Below are positions 27,285-36,433 of a stretch of DNA of 64,000 nucleotides, one piece after another. Both the position numbers and the translations under genes were made by a program. This DNA comes from a virus. Taxonomy: Duplodnaviria; Heunggongvirae; Uroviricota; Caudoviricetes. A model generated the notes under the pieces. The model was not told the origin of the DNA and did no database searches. It saw only the letters and a program-made list of their open reading frames with translations. The stretch lies in IMG/VR virus record IMGVR_UViG_3300035698_032497. One strand, given 5' to 3'. Numbering within the stretch: the first letter of the stretch is position 1; each line of letters begins with the position of its first letter.

Positions 27285-27442
27285 CGCGGACGAGAGAGAC
27301 TTCGTGTGAGTTCAGAATACTGTAGGTTCGAGTCCTACTTCCCCCACCACCATGGGGGAATGGCGGAATGGCAGACGCAACCGACTTGAAATCGGTCTCA
27401 TTCGAGACGACTCTATTACACTCCCTCACTCTCTTGTTCGCG
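27285..27442 (+). ncRNA. circularly permuted tRNA-Ser(UGA)-like element closed by a 14-bp terminal helix (Y-RNA-like)
   Basis: Order is T-arm GTAGG-TTCGAGT-CCTAC, acceptor 3' TTCCCCC, loop ACCACCAT, acceptor 5' GGGGGAA, D-arm GCG…CGC, anticodon arm ACCGA-CTTGAAA-TCGGT. Flanks CGCGGACGAGAGAG and CTCTCTTGTTCGCG pair over 14 bp with 2 G-U. Confidence 0.45.
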
Positions 27443-27455
27443 ACACCTTTCCTAC

Positions 27456-27543
27456 GGAGACGTGGTCGAGCGGCCCAAGGCACTCGCTTCGAAAGCGAGA
27501 GGGGCAACCACCCCCGAGGGTTCGAATCCCTCCGTCTCCGCCA
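27456..27543 (+). tRNA. tRNA-Ser(CGA)
   Basis: Anticodon loop TTCGAAA. Confidence 0.85.
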
Positions 27544-27646
27544 TCTCATGCGGACCTTTGGTCGGCAGCCAACAGCCGACAGCCTACAACCAACAGCCGA
27601 CAGCTGCTCGCTGCGCTCGCTGGTCATGGACATTGTTCGTTTTTCT
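27544..27646 (+). repeat. spacer repeat A' with degenerate CAACAGC/CGACAGC heptads
   Basis: About 85% identical to 27007..27100. Confidence 0.7.
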
Positions 27647-27734
27647 GGAGGCGTGGCCGAGCGGTCGAAGGCGATCGCCTTGAAAGCGGTAGAGGCTCAC
27701 CCCTCCGAGGGTTCGAATCCCTCCGCCTCCTCCA
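27647..27734 (+). tRNA. tRNA-Ser(TGA)
   Basis: Anticodon loop CTTGAAA. Confidence 0.85.
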
Positions 27735-27738
27735 TTTC

Positions 27739-27815
27739 GTCGACGTACCCAAGTGGCTCAAGGGCTCCGGTTGCAAACCGGGTGTTCGTCGGTTCGAATC
27801 CGGCCGTCGACTCCA
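27739..27815 (+). tRNA. tRNA-Cys(GCA)
   Basis: Anticodon loop TTGCAAA; acceptor GTCGACG/CGTCGAC. Confidence 0.85.
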
Positions 27816-27829
27816 TCTCGTTTTTTTGT

Positions 27830-27915
27830 GGGCCTGTGGTGAAATGGCAGACACGCGGGGTTTAGGACCCCGTCTCCTCTCGGAGGTGAGGGTTCGAATC
27901 CCTCCGGGCCCACCA
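27830..27915 (+). tRNA. tRNA-Leu(TAG)
   Basis: Anticodon loop TTTAGGA; long variable arm. Confidence 0.85.
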
Positions 27916-28072
27916 TCGCTCCAAGGAGCGTACGCAAGTCAGGCGATGTAGGAACACTGGTTCAGGGAAGTCTGGACCAGGGCTGGCTCCCTGGGAGTCC
28001 CGGGGAAACGGGCTGCTGGCGTCCGAGGTTCTATCGGCGAGGCCCGCGTCGGCCTGGACGGCGCACTCTTTC

Positions 28073-28160
28073 GGCCCCGTGGTGAAGCTGGCAGACACGC
28101 TGCGTTCAGGGCGCAGTTCCCCTTGTGGGAGGCCCGGTTCGAATCCGGGCGGGGCCACCA
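28073..28160 (+). tRNA. tRNA-Leu(CAG)
   Basis: Anticodon loop TTCAGGG; long variable arm. Confidence 0.85.
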
Positions 28161-28173
28161 TTTTCTTGTTTTT

Positions 28174-28262
28174 GCGCCCGTGGTGAAGCTTGGCAGACAC
28201 GCGAGGTCGAGGGCCTCGTTCCCTTTACGGGAGGGCCGGTTCGAATCCGGCCGGGCGCACCA
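28174..28262 (+). tRNA. tRNA-Leu(GAG)
   Basis: Anticodon loop TCGAGGG; long variable arm. Confidence 0.85.
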
Positions 28263-28276
28263 TTTTCAACCTTCAT

Positions 28277-28346
28277 ATCGGCCGTCCAGGGGCACTGCAG
28301 GTCTCCAAAACCCGCGGGCAAAGTTCGATTCTTTGGGCCGGTGCCA
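28277..28346 (+). pseudogene. degenerate tRNA-like element (pseudo-tRNA)
   Basis: Acceptor ATCGGCC/GGCCGGT-G-CCA and T-arm CAAAG-TTCGATT-CTTTG are present, but there is no canonical D/anticodon arm. Confidence 0.3.
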
Positions 28347-28406
28347 TTTCTTCTTGCACGATGTTGCGGTGTTGGCTATCAGGCGTGGCTTCGGCCACCT
28401 GTCCCG

Positions 28407-28616
28407 ATGGAGGAGACCATGGTCATGACCGCTGATTTCTCCTGGACAGAGATCCAGAGGATCTTGGATCTGCCGGAGTCCCCGCTGTGGGCTCCGGTGC
28501 GGGTACCCACTATCACCAAGGACGGAGGCAGGAGCCGTCAGTTGCAGGTCGTGCAGCGCAGGGGCACCAGGCCTCCTGCGCAGCAGACTCGGTTTACGAT
28601 GAGCGCACCCTGGTAG
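28407..28616 (+). CDS. small hypothetical protein
   Basis: GGAGGAGACC RBS; start is either ATG 28407 or 28419. Confidence 0.25.
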   Translation: MEETMVMTADFSWTEIQRILDLPESPLWAPVRVPTITKDGGRSRQLQVVQRRGTRPPAQQTRFTMSAPW

Positions 28617-28675
28617 GGGCTTGACTCGGAGACAATGTCGGGTCAAGCTCACCCATCGCCTGGAGGGCCGCAGAC

Positions 28676-28873
28676 ATGCCGAGATTCGAGGACCGTGAAG
28701 AGCTGCTCGACGCCCTGCTCGAGATTCATGGGAGGGACGATCTCTTGCAGGCCATCTTCGCACGCATTCCGAAGAGCACGCTCGAGCGTGTGCTGAAGTC
28801 CGAGATCGCGGAGATCGACGATACCATCTTCGACGAGCCTGCCGACGATGATGGCTTCGGGTTCGACAGATAG
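28676..28873 (+). CDS. small acidic hypothetical protein
   Basis: GGAGGG RBS, 65 aa. Confidence 0.45.
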   Translation: MPRFEDREELLDALLEIHGRDDLLQAIFARIPKSTLERVLKSEIAEIDDTIFDEPADDDGFGFDR

Positions 28874-28875
28874 CG

Positions 28876-29304
28876 CTATGCTGGGTTCGGTGGGCGCCAG
28901 CCCAGGGCTTTGCGCATCAGCTTGCCTATGCGTACGGCTCGTGGGACGTTGGACAGCTTCATCTTGCCAGCCACATACAGCCTGACGGCGTCTACTGTCC
29001 CGGGGTGGTCACGCATCCACAGCAGGCTCTCCGCGGCCATGTCGATGACGCACGGCTCGGCGTCCAGACCGTTTTTCTTCTGCCAGTCTTCGACACGTTT
29101 CCAGAAGGTACTCGTGACCTGGTCCTGTTCGCCTTGGACCCTGGTGACCCGCATCTTCTCGCCGGTGCCGTCGATGACGAAGAAGGTCACCGGACCGAGC
29201 TGGATCAGGTAGATCCCGTACGGTTTCTCGTCATGGTGGTGGTGGACGTATCTGTCGAGGTTCTCCACCAGGTCGTGACACTGTCGAAGTGTGGTTGGAT
29301 CCAT
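28876..29304 (-). CDS. hypothetical protein
   Basis: Start trimmed to MDPTTLRQ with a GGAG RBS. Confidence 0.5.
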   Translation of the reverse strand: MDPTTLRQCHDLVENLDRYVHHHHDEKPYGIYLIQLGPVTFFVIDGTGEKMRVTRVQGEQDQVTSTFWKRVEDWQKKNGLDAEPCVIDMAAESLLWMRDHPGTVDAVRLYVAGKMKLSNVPRAVRIGKLMRKALGWRPPNPA

Positions 29305-29356
29305 GGGCAAGCTCCACTGAGCGTGGAGTATATCCCTGATAAGCTCTCCGGTCGAG

Positions 29357-30031
29357 CTACAGCTGAGCCAGAAGCTCGTACTCGTCGCTGATCTTTTCCG
29401 CTTCGTTTTCCAGTGAGACGCGATAACGCTGGCCGGATGCCAGGATCTCGGTGTCAATGGCCGGGTAGTGGCCACCGTCGAAGCCGCGAACCGCGCCGCT
29501 CGAGGCCAGGCGGCTGACCTTTCGACGTCCCTCGCTGTTCATCAGCGCCAGGCCGAGGAAGTTGAGCAGCTCTGTTGCGTCGTTCCTGTCCCCGAAGTCG
29601 GCCCATGTAAGCGTCGATCCCTTCAGCTGGGCCCGCTTGGCTACCTTGTTCTCGTACCTTTCCATCGCCTTGACCGGGAGGAAGAAGAGAGCAGCGGCAG
29701 CTCCGTAACAGGCGAGCGCGAGAGTGAGGCTGATGGTAGCCAGGAAGAGAGGCACGCCGTACATCCTCAGGGTGCCCGGGAGGATGTTGTCGGTGAAGCT
29801 CGCTCCCCCGAAGACGGACAGGATGTGCGGGATCGTCTGTCTCCACGTGAGAGGAATACCCCTAATGTACAGCACATCTTCCAGGTACTTGCTTGGGGCC
29901 TGGCTATTGAGGAAGCTCTGGAGCTTGTACGTGGAGAGCCCGGTGACGGCCGCGATCGCGGCGAGGTCGAGGTCGCGCTGCTCGAGCCATGCGGTGACCT
30001 TTTCCAGGTTCGTCTCGTCAGAATCGTCCAC
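29357..30031 (-). CDS. membrane protein
   Basis: 224 aa with a central TM pair. Confidence 0.55.
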   Translation of the reverse strand: MDDSDETNLEKVTAWLEQRDLDLAAIAAVTGLSTYKLQSFLNSQAPSKYLEDVLYIRGIPLTWRQTIPHILSVFGGASFTDNILPGTLRMYGVPLFLATISLTLALACYGAAAALFFLPVKAMERYENKVAKRAQLKGSTLTWADFGDRNDATELLNFLGLALMNSEGRRKVSRLASSGAVRGFDGGHYPAIDTEILASGQRYRVSLENEAEKISDEYELLAQL

Positions 30032-30070
30032 ATCGCCGAAGCCGTACTCTTCCGCGAGCTCTTCCGCGAC

Positions 30071-30259
30071 CTATTCCGCGATGACACCGAAGTTGTCGGT
30101 GAAGGGAGCGATGGGGGCGCGAGTGCTGGGAACGAGAGGACTGGGAATGATCCCTTGTCCGAAGACGTCCGGGGCGGCTGCGTCGACGATGTCATCGGCG
30201 ATCTCGTCGAAGATGGCGTAGTGGTGCCCGAGCGTGGTCGAGAGGGCGTCCTTGGCCAT
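30071..30259 (-). CDS. small hypothetical protein
   Basis: AGGAGAA RBS. Confidence 0.4.
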   Translation of the reverse strand: MAKDALSTTLGHHYAIFDEIADDIVDAAAPDVFGQGIIPSPLVPSTRAPIAPFTDNFGVIAE

Positions 30260-30467
30260 GGTGGTTCTCCTGTCCGGATAGGTGTCATCATCCTATATCG
30301 GGTGGTCGTCGAGGTCCACCTTCATCGCGGGTCCGATCCTCTGGATCGCCCACATCATGGCGTGGTTCTGGCTGCAGGGTCTGTTTCTGTCCGCCCACGC
30401 GAACGTACCGAGGAGAACAGTTAGCCACGACCAGTGGAAGGCGCTATACTCGAAAGGTGAGGATGCC

Positions 30468-30704
30468 ATGACCACCGAGCCGAGACATCGATTCTGGTCC
30501 GTACCCCTGTCGATGGTGGTCGGTGCGGTGTTCGCGTCTGTGTGCGGGATACTCGGGGTGCCCGGGTGGATCGTCCTGATGGTCGGCTCCGCGCTGATCG
30601 TTGTTGGCGTCATTGTCATGGTCCGTGAACGGCGAGCCCGAGCCACTGCCCTGAACGAGCCAGAAGCACCTGGCGACGTGATGGTGGATGATCCATGGCT
30701 GTGA
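30468..30704 (+). CDS. small membrane protein
   Basis: AGGTGAGGA RBS; 2 TM helices. Confidence 0.45.
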   Translation: MTTEPRHRFWSVPLSMVVGAVFASVCGILGVPGWIVLMVGSALIVVGVIVMVRERRARATALNEPEAPGDVMVDDPWL

Positions 30705-31033
30705 TGACCTGGTCAGAAGAGCGGGCGCAGCAGCTGGTCCAGTGTGTGCTGCGCCGGCAGCGTCCAGAGGGCGGGCATACGCAGATCGTCAGCTGGGTTG
30801 ATCCCCGCTTTGCCGAGGTCGGGCTCGAGGTCACCGTTGACAGGGACGGGGAGCAGCAGGCCGGCTGGTTCGTGATGTCTCTTGGCTGTGTTCGCACCAA
30901 GGGGTGGCTGTGGGATCATCGCAGCGCCTTGGTCGAGCTGCAGTGTGCGCTGGCGCCGCGGCCCAAGCGCAAGAACAGGCCGAGCTCGAGTGACGCTGCT
31001 GTTGTTCAGTCTTGCGCGATCTTCTGGGAGTAA
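30695..31033 (+). CDS. hypothetical protein
   Basis: Start overlaps the upstream stop. Confidence 0.5.
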   Translation: MAVMTWSEERAQQLVQCVLRRQRPEGGHTQIVSWVDPRFAEVGLEVTVDRDGEQQAGWFVMSLGCVRTKGWLWDHRSALVELQCALAPRPKRKNRPSSSDAAVVQSCAIFWE

Positions 31034-31035
31034 CG

Positions 31036-31293
31036 ATGCCTCACAAGAGAGCAGGTCTTCCTCCGGGGTTCGAGTGGATCCGCGGTCAGGGAAAGCACTC
31101 GGTGACGGACGATAGGGGAGAGCTGTCCAAGACAGTGGCCACCGTGACTCGTCAGCGGGATGAGCGTGGTTGCAGGTATCGCTGGACAGCGCTGGGTGAG
31201 TCTGGCGTGGTGCGTGGTCATCGAGGTCTGCTGTTGGCAAAGATCCGAGCAGAGAGCGTGCTACGCAAGTCGGTAGGGCTCGACAGGGAATAG
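31036..31293 (+). CDS. hypothetical protein
   Basis: GGGAG RBS. Confidence 0.4.
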   Translation: MPHKRAGLPPGFEWIRGQGKHSVTDDRGELSKTVATVTRQRDERGCRYRWTALGESGVVRGHRGLLLAKIRAESVLRKSVGLDRE

Positions 31294-31334
31294 ACGCCGG
31301 GGACGTTCGTACAGATGAATCTTGATCCGATCCC

Positions 31335-31370
31335 TTGACGGGATATGTTCGACCTGCTACTAACAGTAGC
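31335..31370 (+). promoter_or_regulatory. class-B promoter TTGACG-17-TACTAA with hairpin GCTAC-TAACA-GTAGC at +1
   Basis: TTGACGGGATATGTTCGACCTGCTACTAACAGTAGC. Confidence 0.5.
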
Positions 31371-31393
31371 GAATCAACCATGGAGCGCAAGCC

Positions 31394-31666
31394 ATGAACA
31401 CCAAGACCCGTCTCGGGTTCACCTGTGTCCTTTTCTTGGCCTTTCTCGTGTCCGTCCTCTTCCTCGAGGCCGAACCCAACACCGAGCTGGCCGTTGCTCA
31501 GGTGGCCTCCGGCGCCGACCATGCGGCCATCCAGGCCAACTACCTCTACGAGTATGGGACGCACGCTGTGTCCCTGGGGATCGCCGTGGTCCTCGCATTC
31601 CTATGGGCTGGGCCGGCATACCGCCTCATCAGCCCCGTCATCGACACCCAAGACACCAAGAAGTAG
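31394..31666 (+). CDS. membrane protein
   Basis: 3 TM helices. Confidence 0.5.
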   Translation: MNTKTRLGFTCVLFLAFLVSVLFLEAEPNTELAVAQVASGADHAAIQANYLYEYGTHAVSLGIAVVLAFLWAGPAYRLISPVIDTQDTKK

Positions 31667-31670
31667 AGCC

Positions 31671-32627
31671 ATGAAGCTCACCTACACCATCGCCGTCATC
31701 GCACTCACCTTCGCCCTGATGGGGTGCGGCCCCGTGCGGGTCGATCCCATCGAGGAGATCAACAGCTCGGAGACTGCCTTCGTCGTGCCCCTGGAGGGTG
31801 ATACCTCCGGCCAGGCCAAGTTCGACTCCGTCGAGCTGTATGAGAGTGCCAAGGTCGCCGCCAAGCGCGTCACCATCAGCCAACGCAAGCGCAAGATCGG
31901 GCGCTCGTGGCGCGCCTACGAGTGGGTCCCCACCGTGCGGCTCATCAAGGTCAACCGCAAGCCCATCACGGTCAACTGGTCCAAGTCCGGCGACCAGGCC
32001 CTGTGCGTCGAGAGCAAGGACTCCATCGCCTTCTGTACCGGCACCGACCTGACCGCCGAGATCCATGAAGAGGACGCGTCGACCTACCTGTACAACTACG
32101 GCGACAAGGACCTGTCCGCGGCCATCAACGAGGACGTGCGTTCCTTCCTCATCTCTGTGGTCACCCGTGAGTTCGGATCCCGTGACCTGGTCACCGGCAA
32201 GGAGGAGAAGGGCAAGATCATGGAGACGGCCAAGGCCGAGGTCGTCGAGCACTTCGCTACCAAGGGCATCACCGTCACCAACCTGGGGCTCACTGGCGGC
32301 CTGAACTACATCGACCCTGCCATCCAGGAAGCCATCAACCGCACCTTCGTGGCCGAGCAGGATGCCGCGACGGCGACCGAGGAAGCCAAGGCCGAGACGG
32401 CCCGCGCCGAGATCGTGCTCGAGAAGGCCAAGGGCGAGGCCGCGGCCGCCAAGGAATGGGCCACGTCCCTGAACGCTCGCCAGGCCCAGATCCGGCTCGA
32501 GATCGAGAAGATGAACGCCCAGGCCCGCCTGGCGTGGGCCCAGAAGTGGAACGGCGAGCTCCCTGCGAGCATCCTGCCCCAGGGATCCGAGCTCATCATG
32601 AGCTTCGACGAAGCGCCGACCCAGTAG
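31671..32627 (+). CDS. SPFH/band-7-like lipoprotein
   Basis: Lipobox LMGC; A/E-rich coiled segment typical of SPFH C-termini. Confidence 0.55.
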   Translation: MKLTYTIAVIALTFALMGCGPVRVDPIEEINSSETAFVVPLEGDTSGQAKFDSVELYESAKVAAKRVTISQRKRKIGRSWRAYEWVPTVRLIKVNRKPITVNWSKSGDQALCVESKDSIAFCTGTDLTAEIHEEDASTYLYNYGDKDLSAAINEDVRSFLISVVTREFGSRDLVTGKEEKGKIMETAKAEVVEHFATKGITVTNLGLTGGLNYIDPAIQEAINRTFVAEQDAATATEEAKAETARAEIVLEKAKGEAAAAKEWATSLNARQAQIRLEIEKMNAQARLAWAQKWNGELPASILPQGSELIMSFDEAPTQ

Positions 32628-32708
32628 GCGCCCTGCTTACATTGACCCACGGGTGAGCCTCATGCTCACCGTCGCGCCCGGGGCCTCTGGCTCCGGGCGT
32701 TGCTGCGT

Positions 32709-35048
32709 CTACTCTTCGTCACCGAGCTCGTCGAGCTCACTGAGCTGGTCCTCGATTTCGCGGAGCACGGCTGCTGCGGTCTTGACTTTCGCGATCTTGG
32801 TGGCCGGCGCTCTGCCCTTGGAGACTTTCCGCAGCGTGCGGCGCTGGTCTCGGTCCAGGGTGAGCTCTCCGGTTCGGCTCATGGCGGTCATGGGCACCGT
32901 GATGTCCGGGTGCAGCCAGATGTGCTCTGGAGAGCTGGTGACCTCACCGATGACGTCTTCTTCTTCGACGCGCTCCTCGTCGAGCTTCTTCTTCTGGGTA
33001 ACAGTGACCAGGACCTTGGCCTTCAGCATCGCGTCCAGCGCGCTATGCTTGGAGCTGGCGATGGTGGTGCCGTAGCCTCTATCTTCGTCGGGGGCATGGA
33101 CATCCCATCTCGGGATCTGTATCCAGTCGTGGGATCCGTTGGCCACGATGGTCATGAACGATTCCGAGTACTCGGGATCCTGACTGTCTTCGTACAGCTC
33201 GAGGACCCAGTCGCCGCCATGGCTTTCGAAGTCGTTGTAGCTCACCTTTCCGATGACACCGTCGATGGACTCGGAGAGGAACTCCAGCTCGGCCTTGACG
33301 TTGGCCCAGGTCTCTTGTCCATACACGCTGGCGTCATGCTCGTTGAAGCACTCCAGCATCCACTTTGCGAACCCGAAGACCGTGAGCTCGTCCTTGTCGA
33401 CCTCGGCCATGTACTCGATGAGGTCTTGACCATGGCGGTCGGTGATGTACTTCTCCAAGAAGCTTGCGAGCTTCTTCTCCCTGCGCCCGTGCTCCTCGAA
33501 CTCCTCGTCCCCCCATTCTTCTTCATCGTAGCCATGGTCGCTGTAGAAGCTGCGCAGACCGCAGTCGTTGATGGCGGCTTCGAAGTTGTCGATGTTTTCG
33601 TAGGTCTCCTGGTACCAGGACATATTGCAGTCGAGCTCTTCCTGGATGGATAGGGACTTTTGGTTTTGCTCGAGGGTCCACTTGCTTTTCTCGTCTTCTC
33701 CGTCATCTTCGGGGATTTCGTTCTCACGCTTCATCCACTCGGGGATGGCACCGCCCGGAATGGAGAGTGGAAGCGACGGGCCTCCCAGGGCCCAGACGTG
33801 ATCGTCGAGATCGGTGTCCAGCAGGCTATCCAAGAACCACTTCATGCGCTTCGCGGCGGTCTTGTCCGTGACCTGGTGGTTGTCGTGACCCTTGAGGTCC
33901 ACGACCATGGTCCACTCGCCACGGATCGGGATTTCGCCGTCGTGGATTTTCGAGATCTTCTCTTTCTTCCACCCGTAGGGCGGGTACCAGTTCTCGTCGT
34001 CGTTCTTCTCGGTCAGCATCAGGTCGTCGCCGACATGGTTTTCGTCGATGCTCAGGGCCGCGGTACCCCATGGTTTGCCGCTGTCGTCTCGGATGGAGAA
34101 GATGATCTCGGTCCCCTCCCTGACGTAGCTCCAGTGGCCACCGACGCAGTGGCCCATGCTCTTGCCCTCTTCCTCGCACTCCTTGGCCGTCACCAGCCTG
34201 TCGATGTGCCAGCCATCGGGCCAGGTCACGACGGTGACCCCGGGGGTGACGGGGGACTTGTAGTCGGCTTGACCGATGAACTGCTGGTGCCATTCATGGC
34301 TTCTGCGCTGGACTTCTCCGATGCTCATGCCCATGATGTTCGGCCGCTCTTCCTCGATCCAGTCGATGACGTCGGGCATGCCGCCAGGTCTGTAGCCTTC
34401 CTCTTGCAAGCCGACGCGTTCGTCGAAGCCGATCCAGTCGATGTCGTTGGCGACGGGATAGCCGCGGAAGAACTCGTGGAAGTCGCCGTGACCGCTCAGG
34501 CCGTGGGGAGGAATGTAGCCCTGAGGGGCGTTTTCGTCGTGCCAGCGAACGATCCTGGCGCACTCCGAAGCCAGCCATGGAATCCACGGGTCCCAGCGGG
34601 AGTTGGCACCTGGTTCGGGTATGATGTCGGGGTGAGGCATCCAGTCTACCGGAAGCTTGACCCACGAGTTCCCTCTTCCGTGGCTCGCGTTCCATACGGA
34701 TCTGACCGCGAGTCCGCGGCGTTTGCCTGCGTGCTCGGCCATCTGTGCATGGTAGTGGGTTGGGTTTTGAATCAGGTGGCTGTCGATCTTCCATATCAGT
34801 CGGTTTCGATCTGGGATCGTGAACGCCTGGGCGTCATCCAGCAGCTCCCACAGCAGGTAGCGGGCCCTGGCGTCTTGCAGCTGCGAGAACGCCCACAGCA
34901 GCCTGGTGCGAGTCCCGGAGCGCGCCGTGGGTGCCCCACGCAGGCCGGACAAGTTCACCAGCCGGTGCCAGGAGCCCTTCATGCGTCCCTGGCCGGGAGC
35001 GAGGACGAGGGCGGAGATGATGGAGAGGGCTTGCATCGGGCGTAGCAT
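32709..35048 (-). CDS. large hypothetical protein, GHC-motif paralog family
   Basis: 779 aa; …WPDGWHIDRLV…EEGKSMGHCVGGHW…IFSIRDDSGKPWGTAAL…. Confidence 0.7.
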   Translation of the reverse strand: MLRPMQALSIISALVLAPGQGRMKGSWHRLVNLSGLRGAPTARSGTRTRLLWAFSQLQDARARYLLWELLDDAQAFTIPDRNRLIWKIDSHLIQNPTHYHAQMAEHAGKRRGLAVRSVWNASHGRGNSWVKLPVDWMPHPDIIPEPGANSRWDPWIPWLASECARIVRWHDENAPQGYIPPHGLSGHGDFHEFFRGYPVANDIDWIGFDERVGLQEEGYRPGGMPDVIDWIEEERPNIMGMSIGEVQRRSHEWHQQFIGQADYKSPVTPGVTVVTWPDGWHIDRLVTAKECEEEGKSMGHCVGGHWSYVREGTEIIFSIRDDSGKPWGTAALSIDENHVGDDLMLTEKNDDENWYPPYGWKKEKISKIHDGEIPIRGEWTMVVDLKGHDNHQVTDKTAAKRMKWFLDSLLDTDLDDHVWALGGPSLPLSIPGGAIPEWMKRENEIPEDDGEDEKSKWTLEQNQKSLSIQEELDCNMSWYQETYENIDNFEAAINDCGLRSFYSDHGYDEEEWGDEEFEEHGRREKKLASFLEKYITDRHGQDLIEYMAEVDKDELTVFGFAKWMLECFNEHDASVYGQETWANVKAELEFLSESIDGVIGKVSYNDFESHGGDWVLELYEDSQDPEYSESFMTIVANGSHDWIQIPRWDVHAPDEDRGYGTTIASSKHSALDAMLKAKVLVTVTQKKKLDEERVEEEDVIGEVTSSPEHIWLHPDITVPMTAMSRTGELTLDRDQRRTLRKVSKGRAPATKIAKVKTAAAVLREIEDQLSELDELGDEE

Positions 35049-35085
35049 AGCACGCCGTGTTCGGGCAGACAGCCGTGTTCGGCCC

Positions 35086-35114
35086 TTGCCACTGACAGTA
35101 GAAAGTGTTAGCTT
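35086..35114 (+). promoter_or_regulatory. class-A promoter TTGCCA-17-(TG)TTAGCTT
   Basis: TTGCCACTGACAGTAGAAAGTGTTAGCTT; divergent from the large minus-strand gene. Confidence 0.6.
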
Positions 35115-35134
35115 TCATTGGCAAGGAGGTGGCT

Positions 35135-35431
35135 TTGTATCTGCCACTCACCGATGTCGTCCTGATCTCCGTGTGGACGGTCATCTTGGTCGTGCTCTGT
35201 CTCGCCGCTTGGTGGAGCTGTCGTAGGCTGGCACAGAAACGACTGGAACGGCGTCTCTTCGTTGGTGACACTGGGCGAGAGGCCTCTCCTTCGAGACCCG
35301 AGGCCGTCTTTGCTGGACACGATTTTCCAGCGGGGCCCGAGATCGTGAGCGTTGAGCTCGAAGATCCAGAAGAGCTGTTCGAAAGAATGGACGCTGGGCC
35401 AAACTCCAACAACGACCCTGTCGAACAGTAG
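35135..35431 (+). CDS. small membrane protein (TTG start)
   Basis: AAGGAGG RBS 6 nt before TTG. Confidence 0.4.
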   Translation: MYLPLTDVVLISVWTVILVVLCLAAWWSCRRLAQKRLERRLFVGDTGREASPSRPEAVFAGHDFPAGPEIVSVELEDPEELFERMDAGPNSNNDPVEQ

Positions 35432-35475
35432 CGCCACGAGGCAGCCATGCTCCGCGATAGAGCGCAGAGAGAAGG

Positions 35476-36006
35476 ATGAATACGATGGAAGAGCACGAAA
35501 TCAGTCACGCCGATCAAGAAGCCGAAGGCAGAGCCGTCGAGGGTGCGGACCGCGTGGACGACCCCGACTTCGACAGGCGGGCGCTCAGGCGGCGGCTCGA
35601 GGCTATCCCCCCGGATCTTCGCGAACAGCTCGCCTCCGAACCCGGTCCCGGCTGGTTGTGGTGGTACGGGTCCAGCAAGAAGCTGCCGACCATGCAGAAG
35701 TGGCACTATGGCGGCCTGCAGAAGAGCGCCCTGACCGCCAAGCCGCTCACTCCTCACCCGGACGTTCCGGTGGTCCTGCGTGGCAACTCCGAGCTGTCCA
35801 TTTGGCTCCCGGCTTCTCCCAGCTCCATCAACAGGGCCACCATCTCTGTGGTCGGATCCAAACGTTTCTGGCGCATGACCATGAACCGTGCGCTGGACCT
35901 GAAGATGTCCCACAGCGAGTACGAGCCGACCATGAACATTGGCGAGGCCCTGCGCATGTTGATGGGGGTGCTGGGTGAGGTCTCCGTGCGAGAGCTGGGT
36001 GATTAG
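35476..36006 (+). CDS. hypothetical protein
   Basis: AGAGAAGG RBS. Confidence 0.5.
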   Translation: MNTMEEHEISHADQEAEGRAVEGADRVDDPDFDRRALRRRLEAIPPDLREQLASEPGPGWLWWYGSSKKLPTMQKWHYGGLQKSALTAKPLTPHPDVPVVLRGNSELSIWLPASPSSINRATISVVGSKRFWRMTMNRALDLKMSHSEYEPTMNIGEALRMLMGVLGEVSVRELGD

Positions 36007-36008
36007 AG

Positions 36009-36428
36009 ATGAAGAAGCGGGTCAGGAACAAGGTACGTAGGCGCGTTGCCGAGGCGGTGTGGGGGAAGTGGAAGGACCGACGCGGCCGCCCCAGCGGACA
36101 CTTCAGGAGCTACGAACGGGGCTGGACCAAGAACCGATGGATCCCTGGATTCTCCATGCCAGGCCACAGCCTCGAGCAGATGAGGAAGGCAGGAGTCGCC
36201 CACCTGGACGGTGACACGCTCATCATCCACAGGGAAGGTAGTGGAAGATGTCCACGTTCGGTGTTTCTGAGTGAGAAGAGCAAGTGGGCCGTCATGTGCG
36301 GCCGGATGATATGCACGAGTCGGGGGCATTTGTTCGTCAACGGGTACGAGGGTGAGTGCCCGTTCGAGGGGGATGTTGTGGGGCACCATCCGCGCTCGAG
36401 GCATCTCGATGGTCACTTCGTGAAGTGA
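36009..36428 (+). CDS. Zn-finger/HNH-like small protein
   Basis: Cys cluster and GHHPRSRHLDGH. Confidence 0.35.
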   Translation: MKKRVRNKVRRRVAEAVWGKWKDRRGRPSGHFRSYERGWTKNRWIPGFSMPGHSLEQMRKAGVAHLDGDTLIIHREGSGRCPRSVFLSEKSKWAVMCGRMICTSRGHLFVNGYEGECPFEGDVVGHHPRSRHLDGHFVK

Positions 36429-36433
36429 CGTGT

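Noticed and set aside
27031-27610. CAACAGC heptad tandem repeats as a possible CRISPR array or minisatellite
   Set aside because: Units are 7 nt and contiguous, with no spacers. They are part of a duplicated tRNA spacer, not CRISPR.
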